From assembly GCA_030295235.1 (NCBI GenBank), contig AP026125.1:806001-870000 (forward strand): DNA of 64,000 nt. Reading direction: 5' to 3'. A program made the position numbers and the translations under genes. Each line of letters opens with the position of its first letter. The first letter of the stretch is position 1. Origin of the DNA: Fistulifera solaris. Its lineage: Eukaryota. Positions 49,033 through 61,153 of this stretch are shown piece after piece. The notes under the pieces were generated by a model. That model saw only the letters and a list, made by a program, of their open reading frames with translations. It did no database searches and was not told where the DNA came from.

Positions 49033-51411
49033 ATGTCCGATCCCGAGCTACCGGATGGCTTCGACGGATATGTGGAAATTTCGGTGGACCCCGGGGCATC
49101 CGTTCTCATTAGCACAATAGTAATATGTGCGTTGATGCTGGGAGTTCTTCCTTTTTTAATAGAAGCTCACCGTCGAATACAGAAGAGAAAGATTACGGAC
49201 GATTTATTGCTATCAAATGAACGACATCAAGATGGGACGTCGACCCGAGAGAACAAAGTAAGTTGATGATGGGTAAACGCGAACCTGTTGTTCAAAAAAG
49301 TGGTCGAAGATTTCTCACGATATGCTCTAATGCTTGATAGAAACAAACAGATAAACCTGAGAATGGCGACAGTGACGACGAATCCAGTGACTCGGATGAC
49401 TCCGGTGCGGCTGAACACATGGTTCACGTTATTCTGGATGCGCATCCTCGATCCGGTGTCAACAAAACTCGCTTACAGAAAGGAGTGAATAAAGCCGAGC
49501 TAGGAGAGTATACCGGAGGATCTCACACGCCAAAACACAAGAGTCCGGAGGGTATTGAAGTCGAACTCACTGACGATGGGAGTGCCAGTCACCACTCGGC
49601 GTTGCTTCAGCTGGAAGAAGACGAATTGTCGAACGACGGACGTGATGCCCAGGAAAGATTTATTGATGAGAGACATGAAAATGATTCAACCAAAGACAGC
49701 ACCCCCTTTTGGAAACCGGCAGCGTGGGGTGGAATTTTCGATTCGCTGCTGGAAGTTGCCGAGTACGATTACGAGATGAAACGAATTCTGAGGCTGGCTT
49801 GGCCATTTGTGGGTCAATCCCTTATAGAGGGTCTATCGGAAGCTGTTAATGTAGCGCTTGTTGGTCGCTTCGTCAGCACGAGAGCAATGGCTGCTTATGT
49901 CGGTGTTGACATGTTGATCGGACTTTCGGCTAGTTTCTTATCGGGCTTCAAGGATTCGTTGCAAGTCTTACTAAGTCAAGCAATCGGCGCAAGGAATAAG
50001 GTTCTGGCTGGCCAGTACATGCAGATCAATATGATCTTCTTCATTGTGCTGTTTTCTCCTATCGCTCTTTTCTGGGTAGTGTATATGGAAAGCATACTCG
50101 AATGGTTTGGTTATGACGACGACATCGTAAAGCTTGGTGTTGATTTTTCGCGGATATATATTTTCGTTCAAGTGATGGACACGGTTTCGGATCAGATTCA
50201 CGCACTTTTGGATGTGATTGATCGAGAAAATTATAGCACCGTTTTTGGCATGGGAGAGGACGCTTTGAGGACGTTCGGTATTCTGATGGTTGGCTTGGGC
50301 AGCAACCCCACACTTGATAAGATTGGTCTTGTGCAGCTTCTTGTTGGTGCCCTGGGTATGTTTATAAACGTTATGTATGTCATGTACAAAGGCTGGTTTG
50401 ACTCGTTTCTCGGTGGTATGGTCGGGACTTTCGCACTGCTTGTAAGTATCAATGTTGCTCAAGGCGAAAGTACAAATGTTTTCGCTCTGACAAGCCCGTC
50501 CTTCGGCAGAACTTCAAAGCTGTCAGACTATCGTTTAAGACGTCTGTATCCCTATGCGTGGGCAATGTTATCGCTTATGGAGAATGGGAAATGCTAACGC
50601 TACTCACAAGGTATGGTTTCGGCAAAAGCTTTGTTGCGGCTTGTTTACGTCTAACGATTGCTTTTACATTCTAGGTCGCTGGGCCAGGCTGAAATTACAG
50701 CATGGGCATTACTTGGAACGCTGTGGGATATTGTAAGCACACGAAAAGCGCATTCTGTGCTGTTGTCGCTCACAAACTAACAATTGCGCTTGCTACCAGG
50801 TTGAAATGGTGTCGGAGGCCGTAGCCGACGTTTCTGAGGTCCGTGTAGGCAAATTAATGGGAGCCGGAAGACCAGAGAAAGCCAAACTTTCCGCATACAA
50901 AACAATTTACCTAGCCGTCTTCGTCGCGACTTCTTTTACGTCCATTCTTTTCATTCTCGGTGACAATATTCCTTACTGGATGACCACTGATTCGACGTTA
51001 CAAAAGATGATGATTGAGTTAATACCTTTGTTCGGTATTGGTAACATAGCATTAGCGTTGGGAACGCAAGCTTGGACTATTGTGGGTTCCCAAGGTAGAT
51101 ACCGCCTTTCAACAGCAGTTGGTGCGGCTGGAAGCTGGCTCCTTACTATCCCACTTGCTGTGATACTGACTGTTGTCCTAAAGATCGATCTCCAAGGACA
51201 GACAGCTGCTGTTGTTATTGGGTATATGGCGAGTGGCACGGTAAATTCATATATTCTCTTCACTTCCGATTGGGAGAAATTATCCCGCCAAGTAAGGGAG
51301 GACCACGATGGAGTCAGTTCCAGCGACTCTAGCAGCAGCGGGAGCAGCAGTAGCAGCAGTGCGAGTAGTAGTAGTAGTAGTAGTAGCAGTTGTAGCGATG
51401 AAGACAAATAA
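49033..51411 (+). CDS. MATE family transporter with N-terminal TM extension, several introns
   Basis: MKRILRLAWP, LLSQAIGA.N, EVRVGKLMGAGRPEKAK, multiple TM segments and a SDWEKLS tail. Confidence 0.88.
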
Positions 51412-51769
51412 ATCTAAAAAGTGGATGAACATATTGACATTATGAATGTTGTTATCTTAGCAGAGGGTAGCGTTTTTTATGATGACAGTGTATTTGATTA
51501 GAAGTGAAATTGTACAGAGCGATTACATATTTGCAGTGTGTACACCTGCGAATGTTAGTGGTTCAAGGAGGCAGCGATCATGATGAGGACTGTGGTATGA
51601 TTTTGCGATTTTATGTTCAGAGTGGTTTTAAATTGCGTTATGTACACATGAATAAGATAGCGTAGAGGATGGTTGTATGCCCGATCGTAGTCTGGGATGA
51701 AACAGCAAGTGATATGTTCAGAGTGCTGCCTGTGATAAAAATAATGCGGGGTGCGAAACTGGCTCAAGC

Positions 51770-52068
51770 CTAGATGGACCCCATAAAGAATCCCCAAGCT
51801 TCGTCTTCATTGTCAGTGGCGGCTGACAAGAGTTGTGGGCCTTTACTTCACTTTGCTCGTAGGTACATGAAGAGGCTAGCGAGCACAAATCCGTCTTGTA
51901 AGATTTTCGCGTCACTGCGTTGCCCCAACCGTTGCTCAAACTCTCACCGCTGGTGGTAGGCGAGAAGCTGGAGCGAAAGCCGACGTACGTAGGTCGATGT
52001 TCGGATATGGTGCACAGGTCCATGCAACCAGCGAGAATCTCAACTCCGGTTTGCCGATCAAGGATCAT
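51770..52068 (-). CDS. Small hypothetical protein, paralog of 58103-58384; apparent frameshift near 51840
   Basis: ILA..M.L.TISE and WG....RKSYKTDL..LAS; the shifted frame ends DEAWGFFMGSI*. Confidence 0.72.
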
Positions 52069-53117
52069 CGTGCTTTGTTTGTGTTCGTTCTTAGAAAGAA
52101 ACGATTTTATGGAATAATTGGGATGATGAAGGAAAGATGATTTCACATCAAAACTTTGAATGTCAAACGTCAACGCACCGTCGGCCACGTAATAGAAATT
52201 GTTGACACTTTTGGCACGAAAGAACACCGAAAAGGTCATAATATAGTACAAGCAGTTTTGTACCGATGTCCTATGACCTATCAAAAATCAAAATAGTTTA
52301 TTTTACATTGAATAAGAAACGGACATCGGAAAGCAGAAACCAGAGATAGAATTATGGGGATAGAACTTCAACTTTATGACTGCAAGCCTTCTATCTTCAA
52401 TCTGGTACAAAGATACTGTACTCACAATTCATTCAACAGACATTAGGCATTAGGCCCAATAAGCAGTGACAGGTGACAGTGACCAAAGACAAAATCGCGC
52501 TCCGAGCTCCGAGCTCCGCACACACAGTGCAGAGTGCAGTACACAATCCGCACCGACCGACCCGCGTCCGTCGTCGTCCGTGGTCCGCGTCAGCGTCAAC
52601 GTTTACTTGTACCCCGGAGTATTATTTTTGACCGGGTTATACCTAACCTTGAATAATTTTTACGTTGTCGTTCGTGTTCGTCGATCACGGCCGCCGCGTC
52701 CTCCAGCCGCGTCACACTCCGCGAAAAGTGGACGTGCTAAAACTTTGGCCAATTCTACACATTATCCTATAGTCAAAGTAGGAGTAGAGAATGCTCGACG
52801 AAGATGCGCTTCGGAGCATCTGCTTGCCATCAGCTAAAAAAATTGCGCGAAAAAATTAGTTAACGATTCCGCGATTAGTCCGCCGACGGCCAACAAAAAA
52901 ATCAACGAACCAGCCTTTTTCGATCTTTTGCGTGGACCATTCTCCGCACCTCTGTGCATTCCGAAAATATCCATCGGATGAGAAGTGTTGGTCGTTCGAA
53001 AAAGACGAGACAGTTTATGCATGAAGCTTTCGAGACAGCCGATTGAGCAGCGTAAGCGTTGAGGTGCATGAAGAATTAATCGTGAGCAGGGTCATAGCTG
53101 CCATTAGACATTTCACG

Positions 53118-54116
53118 ATGGTCTTCAAATTGGAAAAGGATTCGAGAAGTTCAAAAAGTAGTTCCAGCGTCGACAAAGTAGCGAATGATCCGAAATCTGC
53201 AGCACAATCGACTGTTGCCCCTTCAGCTACTTCTAAAATGGCTAGACTTTCTGGCTTACAATCTCAACTCGAAGAAAGTCGGCAAACAACAGATGGGGAT
53301 GCTGTTGTCCAGAAACCGTTCTTCATCATGGATTGGCTCGAACAAGTTGATCAAGCAGATCTAGAACGAGCTCAGCGGATGCTCAAGACGCCACAAAAAG
53401 AACGCTGCTCCAATTCCCATAACTTTTTGTCGGATTTCGTTGTCCCCACGAGTCTTTTTGCGTCTGAGTCATCGCAGTCGTCCCGTGGATCGAATGAACA
53501 AGGATTATCGCCGACTTCTTTTTTCCGAAGAAGAAGCATATCAATGGGGGTCGGTTGGAACGCCAAAGGCCTGGCAAAGGCCAAGAACGGATTATGGGAA
53601 GACGCGCTTGCTTGTTGGGAGAACGCTCTAGCCATCCGTGTCCAGGTCTTGGGCGAAGATCACATTGATGTCGCTAATACCTACAACAATATGGGGATTG
53701 CGTACGGCAAACTTGATCAACCTTCACAAGCCATCTCCGCCTTGCAAAAGGCTTTAGAAATACGCATCAAAGAACACGGCGAGAAGCATTCTGAGGTAGC
53801 TGCAACTTTGCATAACATCGGGAATATTCTCCAACACAGCGGCGATCTTGAAGCAGCTATTGGGTATTTCACTCGTGCAAAGGACGTGCAAGAAAGCGTG
53901 TTCACGCATCAACACGTCCAGGTAGCTCGTGCCTGTGTCGCGATGGGCCATGCCTTTTTCCAAGGAAAGCATTACGAGAAGTCACACGAAGCCTTTTGTG
54001 AAGCCTTGGTGATTTTTGAACGTTTGCGAGACGGAGAAGACTTGGCTGCGGAGATTGAAACAACACGTAACGAGATACAAGACATTGAAGAGATGATGTA
54101 TCCCTCAGCAAACTGA
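53118..54116 (+). CDS. TPR protein (kinesin-light-chain-type TPR repeats)
   Basis: LGEDHIDVANTYNNMG, HGEKHSEVAATLHNIG and H.QVARACVAMG repeats of ~42 aa. Confidence 0.85.
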   Translation: MVFKLEKDSRSSKSSSSVDKVANDPKSAAQSTVAPSATSKMARLSGLQSQLEESRQTTDGDAVVQKPFFIMDWLEQVDQADLERAQRMLKTPQKERCSNSHNFLSDFVVPTSLFASESSQSSRGSNEQGLSPTSFFRRRSISMGVGWNAKGLAKAKNGLWEDALACWENALAIRVQVLGEDHIDVANTYNNMGIAYGKLDQPSQAISALQKALEIRIKEHGEKHSEVAATLHNIGNILQHSGDLEAAIGYFTRAKDVQESVFTHQHVQVARACVAMGHAFFQGKHYEKSHEAFCEALVIFERLRDGEDLAAEIETTRNEIQDIEEMMYPSAN

Positions 54117-54448
54117 GCGATGCGCCGGGAAGATAGAAGAATTTTTACACATTTTACACAGATATATACAGGAAACGGGACATTGTGGCAGCGGACTGTC
54201 GTTAAACTATTCTCGTAAAAATAGAAATTGTCAAGTTAAAGTTAAACCGGAAGTACGAAGCCCTAGCCTAAACAGTTCTATGCTGGATACAATCTTCCAC
54301 GACTGCATTCAGTCGTGATTTTGACTGCTCTAGCTAAACTACCTGGTACTGTACTTAAAACTTATAACTGACCTAAAATCTGTTCTTTCTGCTACACTGA
54401 AGAGACACATGCGTCGTCAATCTGATGCTATCACAATCAACTTTCTTG

Positions 54449-55118
54449 CTACGTGAGACCTACGGAGACATTCGAAGCGTTGTATCTTTCTACTGTTTCA
54501 TGTTTCACAGTCCAATCAGGGTAGATTATTGTTTTGTGGCACGCATAAGCGATGTTGGGCAAGGTAACATTGACATTGGTGCCCAAACGACGTGAAGAAT
54601 GGTGTGGCCGAAATTACACAAGATCTGGATACCCCTCTGTCGATAAATTTCCTTACGAGAGCTACGTGAAACTACGTAGACATTCGAAGCGTTGCATTAT
54701 TCGTTTAATCAGCGTTTTGATTTCAAATCGAAGGCGGCTATTGCTAACCGATATGAAGCAAATACGGTGCATAAGGCAACGTTGACATCTGTGCACTTTA
54801 AATGCAGCAATTGGATGATGGGAAAAATGCAAACTCCGGGTCTCCCTGCAGAGATAAATTTCCTACGGCGGCTACGTAAAATACGCGTAGACATTCCAAG
54901 CGTTGTATCTTTCTACTGTTTCATGTTTCACAGTCCAATCAGGGTAGATTATTGTTTTGTGGCACGCATAAGCGATGTTGGGCAAGGTAACATTGACATT
55001 GGTGCCCAAACGACGTGAAGAATGGTGTGACCGAAATTACACAAGAGCTGGATACCCCTCTGTCGATAAATTTCCTTACGAGAGCTACGTGAAACTACGT
55101 AGACATTCGAAGCGTTGC
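54449..55118. repeat. Tandem array of ~211-bp units, A-B-A
   Basis: Anchor agacattc(g/c)aagcgttg at 54466, 54678, 54889, 55101. Units 1 and 3 are nearly identical. Confidence 0.92.
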
Positions 55119-55497
55119 AACAATCATGTGTTTGACGTAATGCAGTGGGTTTCCACAAAGATGAGTCTGTTTCCACAAAGATGAAAGCGGTGATTACCAA
55201 AGAAAGACTGGCTTTCGTGTCTGACATCATCAAGCCGGTAAAAAGCCACAATCTTTGCGAACTATAACCCAAAAGCGTAGCTTACTTTTCGTCACGACTG
55301 CATTTCAGTCATGAACATCACTTTGCCTATAACCTTATTGTTCTCGCGATGATCGCATTTTCGTCGCGATCTTTTTCTCCCTCACTCCTTCATTTGCATG
55401 TACCTGGTAAATGTAAACAGTATAGCTATCATTTCAAAATATCTTGCTGAAGAATCATTGTTTGAGAGAAAGAAAGCCACACGTTGGGCCATGACAC

Positions 55498-57876
55498 ATG
55501 GAAGAAGCATCGGGTATTTGCGTTCGTCTTGAGCTTCACGCCTCGAAGCTGAAGGGTTCTAAATTTGGAAAATCCGCACCCTTTGCTGTGGTGACTCTTC
55601 TTTCAAGTGATCCTCGCGATGCGCCAGTAATTTTGGGAAGAACAAAGGCGTAAGTATTAGTGCTGATTCGGCGTTAGAATTTTTCCTACGCTGAGCTAAT
55701 TATTTTCTGTTTAGCGTACCGGGTACACTGAACCCACATTGGACTGAGGCTTTCCAGATCGACTACGAAATTGGGCAAGAGACCCGTGTCAACATTGGCG
55801 TTTATGATGAATTGTCAAAGAAGGAAGGAGTGAACAAGCCAATGGGCTCAGCTGTCTTCGAAATAGGAGATGTGCTCGGTGCGAGAGGTAATACGAAGGC
55901 GAAAAAGCTACGACAAGGCGGAACGTTGTTTGCAAGGGTAACCGAGTACAAGGCAACAACGGACGACAATATTGCTATTAAGCTTCAAGGCAAGGGCCTT
56001 ACGAATACAGAGCGCGCCTGGGGTATTTCGAATCCATTCTTTGAAATTTCAGCGAAGATTCAGGTAGCAGGTAGTCTCGTTTGGCATCCGGTCTTGCGCT
56101 CCGAAATCGTACAATCCAACTTGAACCCGACTTGGCCGAAATGTTTAGTTCCGGTAGAACGTCTTTTGGGTGATGCAAACAATATGGATAGCCCAATCTT
56201 AGTCAGTGTTTATCATCTTTCACAAAGGGGCGATGTAAGCCTATGGGCTCGTTTGAAACCAGCGTAAAGGACATATTGACCGAGGATCTCGCGAGTCCAA
56301 AATCGTTTACACTGATGAGAAAAAACAAATCACGTGGGGTGATTTACGTTCTTGAGGCCATGTTAGGGGGTAATGACAGGTTGAACAACGCTGAAGAATG
56401 CGCTTCATTTGGTCAGCCAGCTGGTGCCGTCGGTCAGTCTCATCGGATACCGTCGAATGATCTCCACAGCTCTTTTACTAGCCAAGTGCCAAGTCCGTAT
56501 GTTATTCACGAAAACCTTGCAAATGATCAGATTCTGGATTCAAAATCGAGTCTCACATCGAATCTCACTGATGATGATAGCTGCACGGAAATCTCGTTGG
56601 GCGATCTTCCCCGCCTATCACTCCTCCGATGATGAAGCCTAGTTTTCTCGACTACATCTCCGGAAGCTGTGAATTAAAACTATCCATTGCAATTGATTTT
56701 ACTGGATCTAACGGTGATCCGAGACAACCAGGTACTCTCCATTATGTTCACCCGAATGGACAACTTAATGCTTATGAGAAAGCCATGACGGCTGTTGGAT
56801 CAATTATCGCCAAGTATGATTCCAGAAAGATGCATGCAGTCCTTGGTTTTGGAGCTAAGTTTGAAGGTGAAGTTCGCCATTGCTTTCAAATCAGTAATTC
56901 CCTTTATTTGAATGGTGTTGATGGCGTGATCGATGCCTACCGTTCTTTCTTTCGCCGAGGAATCACCATGAGCGGTCCAACAGTGTTTACAGAATGTATT
57001 GATTATGTCGCTGCATTAGCACGAACAGAGCAAGAAATCGCGGAACGTAGCACTTCACAAGCTTACCAAATTCTATTGATCTTGACGGATGGCGCTGTCA
57101 CAGACATTCAGCAAACTCGCAAGTCACTAGAAAATGCTAGAGACGCCCCGTTGTCTGTCGTGATAGTAGGAATTGGCGGTGCGGATTTTAGCGCCATGAA
57201 GTTTTTGGATGAATTTCAGGAAAGTGTTGCGGGTGGACGTGATATATGCACCTTTGTGGAATTCTCGTGTTTTGCAGATAATCGTAGTGCTTTATCCAAA
57301 GCAACGTTGGGTCAAATTCCGAAACAATTGGTGGATTACTTCTACGGGAAAGGAATATTACCCTCCCTCTCGACAGAAGGCGGCTCTAATTTGGCATTGG
57401 ATCCTGATGATTGTGATGTCGACTTGAATCTGAGAATCGATACGTCAGGAAGAATGTCGCTTGACAATTACCAAGGTGCAGTGTTTGACGACACCAAGTA
57501 CGATACTGCGTCGAGTTTTACGCAACGCTCAAAAGAATCGTCATCCAGTCAAAGCGCTCAAGGTCACGTGTCGGATGCGCCTTCTTCAGCGACGAGTGCA
57601 CTATTTTATGTGCAGGTTCCTGAAGGTGGCTATTCAGGAATGCAACTCCAGGTAGAGAATCCTGCGACTCGGCAAACTCTGCTAGTGGCTGTACCAGAGA
57701 ACGTAGGACCAGGGGATCGCTTTGGTATACCTTTAAATCTCTATCATGTTCAAGCGCCACATGATCTGAAGCCTGGAATGCAGCTCCGCGTACATCATCC
57801 TATAAGTCGACACATGCTTTTGGTGACAATACCCGATGGAGTTCAACCGGGAGGGTGGTTCAGTATTCCCTTGTAA
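55498..57876 (+). CDS. Copine (C2-C2-vWA) with C-terminal repeats; intron 55650-55714; apparent frameshifts near 56230 and 56610
   Basis: TLNPHW and NLNPTW C2 motifs; FLDYI.G..AIDFTGSNGDP, GFGA, SGPT, ILTDG, PLSVVIVGIG.ADF..M.FLD and RDI..FV vWA motifs. Confidence 0.9.
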
Positions 57877-58102
57877 ATTGATTCTTCCATAAATTCTGTG
57901 CGGGCAGCTAAACTATTTTGCGAAACAAGCTACGTATACGGTATACCATGTAAATAAACAAGTATTTTGAACCTGTATATTATGTTCAGTTACGAGCCGC
58001 ATCGTTTATTAGGCATATATACATAGCATAGCAGCTTTGGGGAGAGACGAAATGGAAAATTGAGTGAATGTACATGAGTGTATGTGGTCGGATAGTTTGA
58101 TT

Positions 58103-58384
58103 TCAGTCTTCGTCCATGAAAAATCCCCATTCTTCCGTGTCATTCGGGGGCGAAGGCGCTGCGAAGCTGCTTGTAGCAATGGAGGGCGTGAAACTAGCCA
58201 ATGCAGACAAGTCGGTCTTGTAAGACTTTCTCGATTCAGGTGAGCCCCAGCTTTCGCTGAAATTTCTTCCGTGTCGCGAGGAGCTCAATGGAGAGTTGAA
58301 TCCATTGTGTGATGGGGAGCCTTCGGAGATGGTGACGAGCATCATGGCTGAGGCCAAGATGTCAGCGCTCCTCTCCAAGCGCAT
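58103..58384 (-). CDS. Small hypothetical protein, paralog of 51770-52068
   Basis: LERSADILASAMMLVTISE..WGSPESRKSYKTDLSALAS..EEWGFFMDED. Confidence 0.75.
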   Translation of the reverse strand: MRLERSADILASAMMLVTISEGSPSHNGFNSPLSSSRHGRNFSESWGSPESRKSYKTDLSALASFTPSIATSSFAAPSPPNDTEEWGFFMDED

Positions 58385-59483
58385 ATTGCTCCGTAATTGA
58401 CAAGTCATCGCTCCGATTGTTTAGTGAAGATAGTCAGGCGTTATGTTTTATGGGATTATGAGATCAGAATAGCACGAAGGGTTGCAGCAGTTCAAATAAA
58501 ATTGTCTCTCTACGTGTTCACTTTTGGTGTCAAAGATTCAGAAACGTAATCTGATGCGTAGCGGGCGAGGATGATGTCACTTGGCAAAGTACTTTATAAA
58601 CTACAGTTAAAGCCAAACACAAATTCAGAAAGTGGTCCATTCTGCATAACGTCAGCCTCTCCGACCTTCCAAGATCTTGCAGAGCTTCAATACTTGCGCC
58701 GATTTCCTTACAGAGAAAACAAGAAGAGAAAGCTGTAGTGCCTTGCAGCAACTGGCAATCAAATTCTGTCGACTTCTCTTGCCTTGAGCTTGCCGTTCGT
58801 AGCTGTTCGTGAGGTGCAGCATTTTTCGTCAATGTTTCAAGAGGTCAGCCTTGATTGATTGTTGATTGAGCGGGATGGCACACAATGCTCAATAAGACAT
58901 AAGGTTTGCTTTTTACGCGAGAGCAGCGCGCATTCGGATAGCGAGCATAAGCGTTAGCACGTTTTTAGAGAAGATCCGCTGTCCGTGTTCTAAGGAAATC
59001 TCATTTCCACATCAGAATGCCGGAGACGATCTTCATACGGATCATCGACTTTTCTTTTATTCGTCGTAAATGTTCAATCCATTGAGTAGTGCGTGGCCCT
59101 TGAGGGTTAATCCTAATGGACTATTTACTTTTAAGGTGAAGCTGTAGACTTGAGAAAACTGACAGCTTGGCCTGCTTGGTGCAACCCCTTCAGAAGGGTA
59201 CAGCTGTTTGACCCGTCGACCGTTCAGATATGGGAAACGTCATTTGCTCCGCGTCCTACATATATTCGAAGCGTGTATTTTTTGACCTTTGTGATGCGTC
59301 GAAAGGCATAGCAGTCTTGACGCCGACGGGATAAGGATATAAAAGTGGGACGCTCTCTGTAGATGGTGGCCCTTTGAAACGACGAGTCAGGTGAAAGTCT
59401 TGGATCATGCATCATGAATCATGAGCAACTACGAAGTAGTGTAGCAAACAAGTCAATAAATACTTTGATGGGATTTTTGGTGC

Positions 59484-60663
59484 CTAGATTACTCCATCTG
59501 CTCGAAGATTACCTTGTCGCATTTTCGACTGAAAATCCTCGTCTCTCATCTCGGGAAGTTGAATACCAGGGAGGTATCCCATTTCGGATTGAGCATAATT
59601 CAAATACTCGGAAAACATTTTGCTCTGTAACATGACTTGATTTCCCCAAATAAACGGGTACATCTCGTTAATCAAGGTTGTCGCTTGCTCTTGGCCATGT
59701 TTCTCGGCCATGCCAAACATTCTCTCCTCAAATCCGTAAGTTAATGTGATGGCCTTCCATCCCCGTAAAAGCTGTGACATTTCCCAGACCATTTCACTGA
59801 CGTCTTCACTGTAGTAAGTAGCAACCTGTTCCACGGTGGTCGGCTGCGACCGGACCACTCCTAATAAATGAAAGACGGCATCGAAGGTATGCCGTTCCCA
59901 CATGCGTCGACGCCACTCGCGGTAGAAAAGCACCGGACACCGCACGGCGTTTCGCTCCAGACGTTCGGCGATCGATCCAGCCCATTTCCCACACGATGCA
60001 CAATCACCGGCCCATTTTGTTTCTCCATAAGAATCCGGTCCTAAATTAATGCTGAGATCTTCTACCTTCCCCGAGGGTGTAATACGCATGCCGCTGATCA
60101 GTACTTGTGTCATGGAGTCGCGACAGAATCCTGGTCATTAGGAGAACCAAGAGCATTAAGAAACAAATTCTAGTTCTTCAATGGTAGAAAGAAACTTACC
60201 TTTTTCTTTCAGCACATCCTCAATATTACCAAACTCCAAGCCACCCGAAAAGAAAATGAAATCCTCCGCTTTTGCCAAGTGACTCTCTTTCAAGTTCGAC
60301 AAAAATGCTTCCAATTTCCCATGGCGGAAGAGTAATATAAATCGGATACGATTCATCAAACGGCGGAAGATCCTGGTCGGGTGTCAGCACGAGGTCGTCT
60401 CCGGTCCCCATGGCAACGAGTGCGTTCGCCAAGTCCGACGACGAAGGACTGGTAATGATGACGGAGGGACAATCGGCACTCTGGTCCATGTCCTGTTTGC
60501 CACTGTTAAGAAATTCCTGATACTCTTTGACAGCCCTGGAATCGGACCAAGTCGCCATGAATATTTTGCTGGTTCTAGGTGCTTGTTTGGGTGCCACGAA
60601 AAAGGCGGATGACACTTTCTGGCCGAGTAGGACAATGAGCCAAGTCAGAGTACAGGAGTTCAT
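59484..60663 (-). CDS. Plastid-targeted hypothetical protein, ketopantoate-reductase-like fold (tentative); intron 60131-60199; apparent frameshift near 60320
   Basis: SSA-F presequence; splice joins EKG/FCRDSMTQV; GKWAGSIAERL...C and M.ER..F motifs. Confidence 0.65.
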
Positions 60664-61153
60664 GGTTCTCTACGCGAATAAAGCAGATAACCAAGTTGAA
60701 TCCTCTTCTATTTTGCAAGAATGAAAGGTAGACAGACAAAAAAATATTAGTTTTACTTTTTCTTGCTTCGTTTGTTGCAGGTCGGCTTCGTCGTCGTCAC
60801 TGCTTGCAAAATGAGGGGGGGAGAAAACGCGCGCAACGGCTTGTTTATTGTTTACCTAACAATGGATCCCGCCGGCCCGCTGGGCAGGCACGCGCACAAC
60901 CGCGCTGCGGCGGAGAAAAAATGTTGGACACGAGAGATGATGCTCGCGTTGCGCGTCCGACACCCAGCAAGGATATTCATTCATGCCTTCGATCATTGAA
61001 GAACACTTGAATTATTGCCTTTATCACATTCATTCATCATATACATTATCAAATAGGATCTTGAAAGCACCCGAATCTCTGAAGTCGACTTTCTGTACAA
61101 CCATCTCACATTATTTACCTCGCGACATCTACAACAACTCGTACTACACAACA

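Noticed and set aside
51317..51396. (AGC/AGT)n microsatellite
   Set aside because: Encodes the poly-Ser tail of the MATE protein; ordinary.
54552..55272. Duplicate ORFs MLGKVTLTLVPK...
   Set aside because: They lie within the 211-bp array and have no protein-like features.
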